NCBI GenBank assembly: GCA_964016885.1
Contig: OZ024740.1
Span: 61,070,001-61,134,000 of the forward strand
DNA from: Eledone cirrhosa
Lineage: Eukaryota
DNA length: 64,000 bases
Reading direction: 5' to 3'
The translations under genes and the position numbers were made by a program. Below, piece after piece: positions 51,001-62,570 of the stretch (positions are counted from its first letter, which is position 1; the number at the start of each line of letters is the position of its first letter). The notes beneath the pieces were generated by a model that did no database searches, was not told the DNA's origin, and saw only the letters and a list, made by a program, of their open reading frames with translations.

Positions 51001-54000
51001 TGGAAGTATGTTCACTCAAAGCAGAGGCCTCACTCTCCAATTGGTCCTCTTCGCAATCCCCACACAAGCCAGGTTACTGACGACCCCAAGGAATGCGCAG
51101 AGCTCATTGCTGAATGCTATGCAGGCATTTTCACCATTGAAGACCAGAGTGTACCATCTCCACCACCTACGACACCGGACTCTATTACAACCATGGAATT
51201 TACACCTGCAATGCTGCGACGTCACCTAAAAAATAAACGCAACCATGCCTCTCCTGGTCTTGATGGTGTTACGTACCTGCTTCTTAAACGTGGTGGGTAC
51301 TTCCTTCTACGCCAGTTATCACGCTTCTTCCAATTCTGTCTGAACAACAGTGCTACTCCAGAACAGTGGAAAACTGCCAGTGTAATTCCTCTGTTCAAAA
51401 AGGGTGACCGCACATCACCTGTGAACTATCGTCCAGTCAGTCTTACTAGTTGCATCGCCAAACTGATGGAATCCTGTGTCAGAGAAACACTTTGGAACTT
51501 CTGGAGCTCTCACAGTCTTATCCGGCCTTCGCAATTTGGATTTATCCCCAACTCCAGCTGCTGTGATCAACTTATAGAGTTTCTTGAGGACATCACCCGG
51601 ATCACTGATGGCGGCTCATGGGTGGATGTTGTTTACCTTGACTTTGTGAAGGCCTTCAATTCTGTGCCGCACAAAAGGCTTATGGCAAAACTCTCTGCAA
51701 TGGGTGTGAAGGATGATCTTTTTAACTGGTTGAAGTCCTTCATTCTCAGTCGAAGAGAGGTAGTCACGGTTCTGGGACAGCATTCCTCACCATATGAGAT
51801 GTCATCTGGTGTACCTCAGGGATCTGTTCTTGGCCCCCTTTTGTTTGTGGCATATATTAATGACATAGATGCCAACTTAAGGAATGCCACAGTACTAAAG
51901 TACGCAGACGACATCAAGCTGTACCTTGAGATAAAAAGGACAGATCCTGAACACTATAGATCTTGCTTGCAGTCTGACCTGGACACAATGCAACAGTGGA
52001 TCTCAGACTGGCAACTCAAGCTAGCTGTGGACAAGTGCACCACCATGCATTTTGGGAGTAAAAACCCAGCGTCCACATATTCCCTCCACAGCACTAATAT
52101 CAAGAAGTCTTCCTGTGAACGTGACCTGGGCATTACGGTCAGCAGCGATTTGCGTTGGACGAGGCACGTCTCTAAAATTGTCAAGAGGGCCGAGGGTGTC
52201 TTAGCATCACTCAGCAAGACCTTTGTCAGCCGCTCTCCAGATATCTATTTAAGGCTGTATACAGCTATGGTGCGACCACACTTAGAATTTGCATCACCAG
52301 TCTGGAACCCCTATCTTGCTCAGGACATTGACCGCCTGGAAACTGTTCAGAGACGTGCAACCAAGCGAATACCCTCCATCAGGCATCTACCATACTCTGA
52401 TCGCCTTGCTTCCCTGGGCATGGATTCATTGAAGCTCCGACGCCTGGCAACTGACTTGGTAAACACCCACAAAATTGTTAACCATGTTGCCAACAACAAC
52501 CCTGAGTGCCTTTTCGATTTCCATGTGTCTAACACACGTGGACATGCCCACAAAGTAAGAAAACAGCACAGTTCCCATGACTTTCGGAAACATTTTTTCA
52601 CGCTCAGAGTTGCTGAAGCATGGAACAAACTACCTGCATCAGTTGTTAGCTGTCGAGACGCTGCATCCTTTAAGGCCTCCATGCTTCCCGAGATCCGCCA
52701 ACACTACAGCTAACACATACAAACATGTACTTCCCTGGCATTTGTGTATTATTCTATGTACTATATTGACGAGTTGTAGTGCACCTGAGCACTTTACACA
52801 ATAATTTCATTATTATTATCATCAACGTTTAACGTCCGTGTTCCACGCTTGCATGGGTTTGGACGGGGGTAGTCCCACTTGAGGCAAGAGTGATTGTCTT
52901 GCTCGCATAGGACTGTCTGGCAGGTTTTCTACAGTTGGATGCCCTTCCTAACACCAACCACATTTACAGTGTGGGTCTGGGAGGTTTTTTACCGTGTTGC
53001 CTACACGGCCACATTACAGCGTGGACTGTGTGTTTTTTTGTCGTGACACCTACACGATCTCATTTGTTTCGGCCTCGATGGCGCGGCACCAACATAACTT
53101 TACATAGAACGGGGTGGTGTGGATGGGGTGGGGGTGGGGGTGGTGGGACGGGGTGTATTTTGTTAGAGATGCCTACTGGCTGGAGTAGGTTTTACTATAT
53201 ATTTAGGTAAGGCGGGTCTTCTCTGTTACTGAGTACAAATTGATAGAGTTGTAAAATGTTGGATAGAATGATTTGTAATATCTATTTCAGCTCTCTGTGC
53301 TCTCATCATCATCATTGTATAACATCCATTTTCCATGCTAGCATGGGTCATCATCATCACCATTTTACATCCATTCTTCCACACTTAGACGGGTTGTCCT
53401 GTTGTGGACAGTGTCTGGTCGGCTGACCATGCCTTGCTCATACAGGAACTGATTTGGCTTGATTTCTACATCTGGATGCCCTTCCTAACACCAACCTCAT
53501 TTACAGTGAGTGCTGGGTGCTTTTTCGTGGCGCCTACACGTCCACTTTACAGTATGGGCTGGGTGCTTTTTTGCCGTGGCACCTCCACGACCACCTTGCA
53601 GTGGGAGGGTGTGGGGGCATATTGTCTATATGCTTCAGCTTGTACCCATGGGAGGTCTGTATTACTGCGTGACGCCAGAGGTCACAGTCGTGTGTGGAGA
53701 GGTGTAATTGGGTAAGGTCGGCTTTTATCACCTCATCCCAGGTCATCTTGGGTCTCCCCACTCCGCGGTTTCCATCGACTTCTAGTGCTCTGCACCTTTT
53801 TATGCAGCTGTCATCCTTCATACGCATCACATGTCCATACCAACGCAACCGCCTCTCCTGCACACAGCATTTGATTCCTCTTATGCTCAGTCTCTCTCTC
53901 AATTCATTTATGCTTTGTCGGTCGCGTATTTTACTATTACACATCCATCGGAGCATGCAGGCTTCGTTTCTCTCTAATCTACGTAAGTCTTCCACCTTCA

Positions 54001-57000
54001 GTGCCCAGGTCTCACTACCATGTAGCATTGCTGTTCGGATACACGCATCATACAGTCTGCCTTTCATTTTGAGGGAGAAGCCTTTTGCAGCTAGCAGTGG
54101 TAGTAGTTCCCTGAACTTCTTCCATCCCGTTCTTACCCTAGTTATTGTACTTTCTGAACACCCACCTCCGCTGCTAATTCAGTCACCTCGGTAGCAGAAG
54201 CTGTCTACTGTCTCTACAGAGCCCTCCCAGAGATTGGTGGTACTTGTTTCCTGTGGCTGTTTGCTGCTTGCTGTCCCAGTACAGCTGCTGCATGTGAAGC
54301 CTACATTCTTAATTAAGCTTCCCGAGATCCCGCTACATCTCTTGTGTACCCATTGTTTGCATTTGGGGCAGAGAATGGAGTTCCTACCTACACCTTTCTT
54401 ACATACTGAGCAAGGCCATTTCCCTGAGGGGATCTGGGTTCTGTTTTCTCGTCTCCTTACAAGGACCTTAGTCTTTGTCATGTTGACTTTGAGACCCTTT
54501 CTTTCTAGTCTCTGCTTCCAAGTTTAGAATTTCTTCTCTAGTTCTACCATAGATTCAGCTATAAGTGCAAGGTCATCAGCATACAGGAGTTCCCATGGGC
54601 ATCCGGTCTTAAACTCCTCCGTTATTGCCTGCAGGACTATGATGAACAGGAGAGGGCTAAGAACAGAGCCCTGGTGGACACCAACCTGTACGCTAAATTC
54701 CTCGCTATACTCATTGCTAATCCTAACTTTGCTGACTGCTCCCCTATACATGGCTTGTACAGCTTTCACAAGCCATTCATCTACTCCTAATTTTCTAAGA
54801 GCCCACCAGATTACAGCACGTGGAACTCTGTCAAAGGCTTTCTCGAGATCGATGAATGCCAGGTAGAGTGGCTTACTTTTAGCTAGGTACTTTTCCTGTA
54901 ACTGCCTCACAAGGAAGAGGGCATCAGTGGTGCCTCTTCCTGGTACAAACCCAAATTGCATCTCATCTAGTTTCACCCGGTCCCTAATCAACTGTGCTAT
55001 AACTCTTTCTGTTACTTTCATGACCTGGTCCATCAGCTTTATACCTCTATCGAGTGCATCACCTTTACCTTTGTAGCAGTTGACAATGATGCTACTGCAC
55101 CAATCTTTTGGTATGACACCTAGTATTACCTGGTTAACAATACGTGTGGTTATAGTGTGACCTACAGACCCAGATGCCTTCAGCATCTCGGCAGCTATAC
55201 CCGATGGACCGGTTGCCTTACTTACTACGCTGCTGCTGACTTGTACTGCTGGCCCCTCTATAGGGTCTACTTGGGGTAGGGTCTCTTTTTCCCATGCATT
55301 CTCCTCATTTAGTAATCTATCATAAAGACTCTTCCATGCATCTTTCTTCTCAGCACTTGTGAGGGCAAGCTCACCTTTATCATTCCGGATACACTTCTCT
55401 CCAATGACATCACAATTCTCTCTGACACACTGCCTCGCAATCTTGAACACCTCCTGTTTCTGGTCCTCTTGTTGCAAAACATGCTTGAATTTTCTATCCT
55501 CTGCTTCCCTCCTAGCTAAGTATACTTGTCGCCTAGCTTCCCTCTTGGTCTCTATGTAATGTACCCTGCTCCCCCCATTCTTCCATTCTTTCCATGCCTG
55601 TCTCTTGGTCTTAACTGCCTCATCTACCTTATTGTTCCACCACCAAGTCACTCTCCTCCTGCTTGTGGTCTTACTCCAGCCACAGACCTCATCCGTCGCC
55701 TCTAGTAAGTTATTTTTTAGGAACTCCCAGTGCTCTTCTACATTGAATGTCTATCTGTTCTTCTCTACTGTCGTAGGCGTTGAGTAAAATATCTTTAAAT
55801 CTGTTACTGGCTGAGGGGTCTTTCAGCTTCCAGATCTTTCTTATCCAGGTTGGCCTCTGTTTCCAGGTTCGTCTAGTTCTGACCGTGAGGTTGCTGACAA
55901 CTAAGCTATGTTGGGAGGTACATTCCTCACTAGGGAAGGCTTTTATGTTTACGACCGTCCATCTGTCACGTCCTCTGATGAGGATAAAATCTATCTGACT
56001 AGAATGCTCCCCTGATACTGCAAGGTAATGTCACACTGGTGGGATTTGCACTCAAAATTTAAAGGGATAGATATTAGACACTACAAGGTATTTTGACCAG
56101 TGCACAAATGATTCTTCCAGTGATGTGATGATCCATTTGAATATCAATCACTTGACTTAGACATCAGGTGGTTGTCGGGTTTTTTAAAGTTTGTGTTACA
56201 TATCGACATGTCATTGGCGTCGCAGAATTCTAGAAGTCTGAATCCTTCATTTCTTGTGCCAACCCCATGGCCTCCATGGACTCTATTGAAGCCGTCACAG
56301 TGTTTACCTACGTGTCCGTTAAAATCTCTTGCGATGATTAGGAAGTCATTGTCGTTTGTTAGAGCAGTAGTGTGCATTAGGGACTCGTAAAATCTATCCT
56401 TAAGTTCGTCTGGCAACCCCGATTGGGGTGCGTAAGCTGATATTATTGTGGTAATTGTTTTATTCAGGACTAGTTTGAGTTTAATGATTCTTGCATTTAC
56501 CCTGTACACTGAGATTACTTTATCTACCCACTTGTCAGCTAGTAGTATACCTACACCACCCATCCCATCGTCATTTCCCACCCAGAAAAATTTGTAGCAC
56601 TGACTTTTTCCTACAAGGACTTTAGCAGACTCTCCTCTCCATCTAATCTCTTGCACACAGCATACATCAATTTCCTTTCGCTCTAGCATTTCTACGATTT
56701 CTCCTGCTCTTCCTTTCATTGTGCTTACATTGATGGTACCAACTCGGAGTTTTGGGCATTTGTCGACACTCGTAGGGAAGGGTCGATTTTTGCAAGGGTG
56801 TGTGTGTGTGTGTGCTTCTCTCTGGATTGGGGCTTCACATGGGTGCTTGGTAGCTCGCGGATTCATATTCATTTCATCTATTAATTCAGAGTTGCTCCAA
56901 TTTATTCTCAGCTCATCCATACATAATGGTAGGAAAATTCAGGGCTAGAAGAACAGTGGTGGTGGTAATAATGGCAGGGTGTGTTGAGGGCTGGGACGGG

Positions 57001-59620
57001 GGAGGAGAGAGTTAGGTAGTAGTAGAAGAAATGGCATACTGAGGTTTGATTGGTCGAATAGGCTATGGTGGTGTGAAGGGGTAGGTGGGAGGGAAATTGT
57101 GAGGTAGGCAGTGAGGGTCGCCGTCAAGGCTAACAAACTAACCTAGAATACAGCATGGCAAAGTAGCCGATAGAATACAGCAACAATAATAGCCAGTCAT
57201 GGCCTGTAGCCTTTGATGGAAAAATAGACAGATAGAGAGTCAGCATGGTAGGGGAAAATGAGGATAACAAAATAAATGTGTTGTGGTAGCTGAAATACCT
57301 GACAAGATTTGTATGGATGGATGGCTGGAACATAGCTAAATCAACTCTAGTGATTCATTTTAGCCTTTCAGGGTAGATTGTCTTATCTCTTCAATAACTT
57401 CAAGATGAGTGAGGAGGAATGGGTGAAGTGGGAACGGGAGCTTGCTGAGGTCAATTTTGCCTTTCATCTCTTCAAGATCAATAAAAAATGTATTAGTCCA
57501 GTACTGGGATCAAATCTTCTGTAACTCATTTTGACTTCCTCTTTTTTCTGGAAGAAATTGGATGTGTTCAGAGTTCGAAAGGGATGGGCTCTGTCAGATT
57601 TTAAATACACAAGACAAGCTGTATGTCACTATGGCACCTCTACGACCATATCAGGAGTTACAGTTCTATCCATCCATCCAGTTATGGATGTTAGAAGAGA
57701 CAAATTAGTCATACAGGCATTTAGACAATGTCCAGTGGGTTGCTGGACAAGCTAAAAGAAAAAAAAAAGAGACCTGAAAAATGTCACAAAATCCTGAAGT
57801 CAGCTACTGCACAAAGATTGAAATGAAAATGGAATGTCTTAATTGGACTATGAAGACATACCTCTGGCTCTTAGCAGTCAGCAGCTTGTTAATCAGTGCT
57901 GCCCTGGATGCCTGGGCTGGGTTTGAGACCCACTTCACTTTTGGGTGTTAGGGATCCAATATCACAGTAATTATTATCAATACTACCTTTAACCAAATCA
58001 TACCATCATCATAAGATTCATTTAGAGTTTGATAAATGAAAATACAAAAAATAAAAAAATAAACAATTCTATAAAGCAAAATAACTTTCACGTACCTGAT
58101 TCAAGTATTTCCCAGCAAAAAATGTCTTGTAACCATTTTGATTCAGTTTGACTGGAAAGGCTGTTGGTTCAACAAATTTCTGCCAAGCTGCACTGCTGCA
58201 GTTACCAGACAATGAGTTATTCCAAACCATGTGGTTGTGGATATACTGACCAGTTAAAAAACTTGAACGGCTTGGACAGCAGAGGGGACTGGTGACAAAC
58301 TGTAAAAGGTTATGAATACAGGTAAGTAGTAGGGCAACAGTATTAATTTTCAATAGGTACATTCACAATGGCCATAATTATTGTTTATCCTCATGTCAGC
58401 ACTGATAGAGCAGACCTATAATCAAAGGTGTTCCAGTGATGTCCATCCTGTCTTTTTTTTAGACAATGTATCCTATAACTGTATTATCCAACATGTCCTT
58501 CCTTTTTTTTAAGTAGGAGAGTTGGTTGTTATTTCTAGTGGGTTGAGTAATCGTTATATAGTTTTCAAGGCTGTGTTGTGAGTATTTTCCCACTCAGCTG
58601 TGCAAAGTGGGAAAATACATAATATTACAATGCTTATTAGTAGTACACTATTCTACCACATGGTAATTTTCAAATCATCAACTATACATAGTTATAAATA
58701 AATACTACAAGATAGGAGAAACTCACTGTCATTGAGTACGGCTTGGAGAAGATTCGACAACTACAACATGTCAGCAGTGACGCAATAAATTTTGAAAATG
58801 TCTTTAACCCTTTAGCATTTAAACCAGTTGTATCCGGTCAGAATTCTCTAACCTCTTTCTATTCAAACCGGCTGTAACCAGCCACTCATACTGATGTTAA
58901 GGTATTGTTATCAAAATTTCATAGATTCAATATTATGTGAGATTCTTATATGAAGTAAAGCCTTTACCATGAAAATGTAATAGTATATATAGAGTAACAT
59001 AAATGCTAAAGGGTTACAGTTAAGGTAACTTGTTTAATTTCATTTTTTTTTAAATTCTAGCTTTACAGGTATATTTTGAAAATTAAAGTTTTATTTTATT
59101 AAAACTGATAGTTTTATAAATATGTAAGAAAAATAGGAAGTGTTTACCTAAAACTAAAATACATGTATGTGTACAGGTAAGTAACATACCAACAACAAAA
59201 TCATTTTAAACATTAACATTTAACCCTTTAGCATTTAAACTGGCCACACCCGGCCAGAATTCTCTCACCTCTTTCTGTTCAAACCGGCCATAACTGGCCA
59301 CTTATACAGATGTTAAGGTATTGTTCTCAAAATTAATAATATCAAAATCTCATAGTTTTGATATTATGTGAGATAAAGTATTTACTGTGAAAATATAATA
59401 GCATATATAGAATAATGCAAATGCTAAAGGGTTAAATATGTTGAGCTAAAAAGGTTCTCCATCCCTGACTAAGAGAAATGACATGAAGACTGTATTCCGA
59501 CCCATTTTAGAATACATGAACACACACAAATGCAATGAGTACAAGAAGATATCAACTCACCATATTGTTGAATGTAATACCAGCATTACCTATTAATCTC
59601 TTTGTCTTTGCCATTGATGT
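35864..59620 (-). CDS. GNS: N-acetylglucosamine-6-sulfatase; 11 visible coding exons (1365 nt), 5'-incomplete
   Basis: Exons splice in frame with GT-AG boundaries; sulfatase signature CCPSR..LTG, plus [33 protein letters not shown] and CVCEDA.NNTY.C motifs. Confidence 0.93.
37311..37421 (-). CDS. GNS: GNS exon (111 nt) [20 protein letters not shown]...DNE
   Basis: AG/GT boundaries. Confidence 0.92.
38828..39034 (-). CDS. GNS: GNS exon (207 nt) [11 protein letters not shown]...QGMS
   Basis: AG/GTAAGT boundaries. Confidence 0.92.
39119..39423 (+). mobile_element. tRNA-derived SINE, young subfamily (internally deleted copy)
   Basis: Head nearly identical to 41602-41920 and 62800-63130. Confidence 0.8.
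39997..40100 (-). CDS. GNS: GNS exon (104 nt) [30 protein letters not shown]
   Basis: AG/GTAAGT boundaries. Confidence 0.93.
40600..41176. mobile_element. TTAA-type MITE with nested RTE-derived fragment
   Basis: TIRs cccttttgttacca ... tggtaacaaaaggg-TTAA; insert at about 40780-41100 resembles 6718-6940. Confidence 0.6.
41205..41323 (-). CDS. GNS: GNS exon (119 nt) [11 protein letters not shown]...SDNGYHL
   Basis: AG/GTAAGT boundaries. Confidence 0.93.
41602..41920 (+). mobile_element. tRNA-derived SINE, young subfamily
   Basis: A/B-box-like head tggcttagtggttagagc...gagttcaattctc; (AAATG)n-like tail. Confidence 0.8.
42670..42752 (-). CDS. GNS: GNS exon (83 nt) DKHWLIRQA...FRQR
   Basis: AG/GTATGT boundaries; phase fits the next exon. 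Confidence 0.92.
43884..44048 (-). CDS. GNS: GNS exon (165 nt) NRRAVKF...[21 protein letters not shown]...KHST
   Basis: AG/GTAAGT boundaries. Confidence 0.92.
44769..44917. mobile_element. piggyBac-type MITE
   Basis: TTAA-CCCTTTAGCATTT ... AAATGCTAAAGGG-TTAA. Confidence 0.85.
45302..45400 (-). CDS. GNS: GNS exon (99 nt) VGNSKYYNY...DYLTDII
   Basis: AG/GTGAGT boundaries. Confidence 0.92.
45490..45939 (+). mobile_element. LINE 3' end with Cys/His knuckle (RTEX/Ingi-like)
   Basis: NRLRSG...KWG....CDCG..Q...HLL motif and (AAG)n tail. Confidence 0.55.
46368..46750 (+). mobile_element. Possible solo LTR
   Basis: TG...CA ends, TATAAATA near 46512, AATAAA near 46645, CpG-rich within a CpG-poor intron. 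Confidence 0.4.
47194..47259 (-). CDS. GNS: GNS exon (66 nt) [22 protein letters not shown]
   Basis: AG/GT boundaries; VPPGW motif. Confidence 0.9.
48890..49090. mobile_element. piggyBac-type MITE, opposite orientation to the other copies
   Basis: Same TIRs; right target site mutated to TGAA. Confidence 0.8.
49622..52819 (+). mobile_element. CR1-group LINE: ORF1 C-terminal remnant, intact ORF2 and 3'UTR with (ATT)n tail
   Basis: ORF1 stop at 49892-49894; uninterrupted ORF2; tail ataatttcattattattat. Confidence 0.93.
49954..52713 (+). CDS. LINE ORF2: APE endonuclease and reverse transcriptase, 919 aa
   Basis: LNARSL, VTETW, VYRPP, GDFN, LDL and SDH (APE); [22 protein letters not shown] and YADD (RT). 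Confidence 0.93.
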   Translation: MSLNARSLCNKIHLFDSYVKSINPDFITVTETWAHPLLCDGVFSMTGYNLFRKDRINRRGGGVMVYVRSNLSAIPCADLNQSQQEVFFCDIRMTMSTLLLGVVYRPPNYHQDTQLCDILRAAARKTATYVFIAGDFNHPEIDWETFRWLPSANDFLELVLDSSWSQVVTSPTRGDNTLDLLFTTTPETVISVTAEEPLGDSDHAMIIANLSLMGSNKNHNHLQTAHFDWNRADWNCYCTELQRPNWLEFYDSGDVNTVLQNILSSIWTACAASVPRKRKKHPKSAIWETAAVRLARKERRNAEREYKLHKSDINRKRRNRSSNHLKQVTKKAVLQFEQRIATSPDSKVFWKYVHSKQRPHSPIGPLRNPHTSQVTDDPKECAELIAECYAGIFTIEDQSVPSPPPTTPDSITTMEFTPAMLRRHLKNKRNHASPGLDGVTYLLLKRGGYFLLRQLSRFFQFCLNNSATPEQWKTASVIPLFKKGDRTSPVNYRPVSLTSCIAKLMESCVRETLWNFWSSHSLIRPSQFGFIPNSSCCDQLIEFLEDITRITDGGSWVDVVYLDFVKAFNSVPHKRLMAKLSAMGVKDDLFNWLKSFILSRREVVTVLGQHSSPYEMSSGVPQGSVLGPLLFVAYINDIDANLRNATVLKYADDIKLYLEIKRTDPEHYRSCLQSDLDTMQQWISDWQLKLAVDKCTTMHFGSKNPASTYSLHSTNIKKSSCERDLGITVSSDLRWTRHVSKIVKRAEGVLASLSKTFVSRSPDIYLRLYTAMVRPHLEFASPVWNPYLAQDIDRLETVQRRATKRIPSIRHLPYSDRLASLGMDSLKLRRLATDLVNTHKIVNHVANNNPECLFDFHVSNTRGHAHKVRKQHSSHDFRKHFFTLRVAEAWNKLPASVVSCRDAASFKASMLPEIRQHYS
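53156..53236 (-). mobile_element. Isolated 3' terminus of the RTE family at 63196-64000
   Basis: Nearly identical to 63196-63276; hairpin CCTACT-ccagcc-AGTAGG. Confidence 0.8.
53655..56960 (-). mobile_element. Near full-length RTE-clade LINE, frameshifted and interrupted at about 56020-56150
   Basis: APE (CVQEIRW, SAYAPQ, DFNGHVG), RT ([28 protein letters not shown]), PHD-like finger, RLRWYGHV C-terminus. Confidence 0.92.
58096..58299 (-). CDS. GNS: GNS exon (204 nt) with catalytic CCPSR
   Basis: [17 protein letters not shown]...AGKYLNQ; AG/GT boundaries. Confidence 0.95.
58804..59017. mobile_element. piggyBac-type MITE
   Basis: CCCTTTAGCATTT TIRs; TTAA/TTAC flanks. Confidence 0.85.
59220..59435. 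mobile_element. piggyBac-type MITE
   Basis: CCCTTTAGCATTT TIRs; TTAA on both sides. Confidence 0.87.
59561..59620 (-). CDS. GNS: GNS exon (60 nt) [20 protein letters not shown]
   Basis: AG acceptor 59622-59621, donor GTGAGT. Confidence 0.85.
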
Positions 59621-61389
59621 CTAATGAAAGAAAAAAAATGTGATTAGAAAGTTAACTCAATCTGCAAAAAGAGTTGCAATATGTGAATATTATTAAGGTA
59701 GGATGTATCAAATATAAACAGATCCAATGCAATCCCTCATACTTACTCATGTGATAGAGAAGTAGGGTGATATAGTTGATGGTAAGAGGGATTTGATAAT
59801 ACAGTCAGGTCTAAATATCAGAGTAAATATCAAAGAGGTGAGAGGGTTGGATAGGTCTAATGATATCTCACATTATAGGGGTAGTGTGATGTAGTGGATA
59901 GGATAACGGGGTGAGTGACAGAGATGAGAGGGTATCAACAAGGTGGAGGGGGAAGCTAATAGAGAATTAAGAAGAGCATTGGATGATGGATCCAAATGTA
60001 GATATAATATATAGCCTAGCCATCATCATAAGCACTATTTTAACATTCCTTTTACCATGGTTACACAAATAGGTGTGTCTTCTTCAGCACCATGTGTCAG
60101 CAATCATAACAGTCTTGTTATCTCTGTTGTGAGATTCACCACTTTGTTCCAGTTGTCTCAAATCTCCCTGTCAGTCCACTACATCTCTTATGCACTCATT
60201 GTTAACACTGGGGAATTCATACCTACATCATTTCTGCATATTTTAAGTAGAGCCAATGCTTTGGTGGTATCATGATCCTGTCTTCTTTCTTAGTAAAACT
60301 TTAATCTTTGCTAAGTTTACTTTGAGGTCCTTTGATTTCAGTTTTTACTTCTATATCAGGAATTTTTTTCTGTAACTCTTATGTAGATTTAGCTTTTAGA
60401 ATTAGTTCATTAATATATATAAATTCATACAGGCAGCCATTCCTGAAAATTGGGCCTTGGTGGAGACCTTCCTGCATGCTAAATTTATCACTGTACTCCT
60501 TACTAACTTCCACCTAGCTTGCATGGCCTTCATAAGCCATTAATCTACCTATAGTTTCTTTCTTAAGCAAACACCAGACTACATAATGTGGAACGCTGTC
60601 AAAGGCTTTCCTCAGATCAATAAATGCTAGATACAGAAGAGTCTCTTACTTTCTGCTGCCACCTTAACTAGATATATGAAAATTGAATTATATATTTATA
60701 TAAGTAAGAATGGAATATAACTGGAGATGATAGCAATGATTATTATTATTTACCATCAGGTTAGCCCTTGACTGTTCTTTTCGGGCATATCTAAGACTAG
60801 GGTGGTGAATTAGCAAACTCCCTAAAGCAGCGTTTAGAATGCTTTGTTGTATTTATTCCAGCTCTGTCTAATTTCAGTTCAAATCCTGATATGGTCTACT
60901 TTGTGGGGTTAATAAAGTACCCATGCAAAACATGGATCAATTCTTTTCCCCCCCTCTTCTATGGAAGAAATCAGCTGCAGTCAAACCTGGAGAGGGGTGT
61001 GTTCTGCCAAGATTCAATGTTCAAATCATGCCACATGTTATAATGGTATCCCTATGACTCCATCAGATGTTGATGGCTTAAAAAAAGGAAGGATATCTCA
61101 GACAAGATTATCTAATGTATCGTCCTCCTTTTTAAAGATGATAGAGCATGATTTCTATGGACATTTAGTGACTTATTTCTAGCAGCTAAAGTAATCATGT
61201 TGATTTGAGGTTCCCACTTGGATTAGTTTATAGTGAAAGCAATGATAAATGATTATGGTGCAGCAGGTAATGATAATAAATATCAGCGGTAGCTGGTGGT
61301 TTAACCCTGCAATGGACTGGCATCCAGTCTAGGAGGGAGTCTTGTAGTCTTACTTGCTTAACGCCAAGGAAACCGAGATAAGCACTGGC

Positions 61390-61618
61390 TTAACCCTTTA
61401 GCATTTAAACTGGCCATATCCGGCCAGAATTTTCTCACCTATTTCTGTTCAAACCGGCCATAACCAGCTGCTCATACTTTTGTTAAGGTATTGTTCTCGA
61501 AATAAATAATATCAAAACCTCATGGATTTGATATTGTGTGAAGTAATTATGTGAAATAAAGTGTTTACAGTGAAAATACAATAATAAATATAGAGTAATG
61601 TAGATGCTAAAGGGTTAA
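61390..61618. mobile_element. piggyBac-type MITE
   Basis: Same TIRs; TTAA on both sides. Confidence 0.87.
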
Positions 61619-62289
61619 TGAGCCTTTGGGCTTGGGACAAACTTTAGACTTTTTTTTAGAATGTCAACAAGTGAAGTTGTAAGAGAGAAAGTACACAATG
61701 TGATGTGTGATAATGTTTCACTGCATATTGGTCAATCCCTGAAGTGGCCTTGTTCTACTTTACTGACACATTGAGACTGATCAACTGTGATTATCTATGT
61801 CTGACTGTGAATTAGTGGAATAAAGGAGGTGTGTATGTGTGTGCTTATCTGTGATGGATGGTGATGGGGAGAGTTGACAGGGATAAAGAGACATAATGCC
61901 TGTACATGTAAAGATAAACACAAACATACAATATAAGGAGCAAAGTAAAATAAATATTAAAGAGAAAAAAATAGTATAATAGAGAGAAACTCATTAGAGT
62001 TGTATTTTAGCTGCTGTCAGCTTTGATGGAGTACATCTATAAACAAAGGCATTCCAGCTGTGGCCATCTCATCTGTCTTTATCAGACAACATTATGCAAT
62101 GTGTCCTCAGCAGCATAGTTATCGATTATAAGATAATTATATTTTGTGTACATTGAGCAGTAGCTGGGAAGTCATGACAACAATTTTATCATCCCACATC
62201 CAATTTGAAATATAAGAATTAAGGTTCATATTATTATTGCTGTCTTCTTAGTATTACAACCTTAGAACGTCTCACAATATTTTGAATTT

Positions 62290-62570
62290 AGATGATAACT
62301 ATACATGTAAATGGAGTTTCACTGAAGCAGGTGGAGAAGTTCAAGTATCTCGGGGCTGTGTTCATGAGTGATGGAAGGCAGGAGGCTGAGTTAAGTGCAA
62401 GAATTGCAGGAGCTGGTGCAGTAATGCACCAGCTTCAGCATTCAGTAATCAGAAAAAGTGGGGTAGGCATAAAAGCCAGTATTTGGTATTTGTGTCAACC
62501 CTTATCTATGATTATGAATTTTGGGTAATGACTGAAAAAATGTGATTGTGAATACAAGTGGCTGAAATAA
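62290..62570 (+). mobile_element. RTE-type LINE fragment
   Basis: LKQVEKFKYLG...ELSARI motif. Confidence 0.65.
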
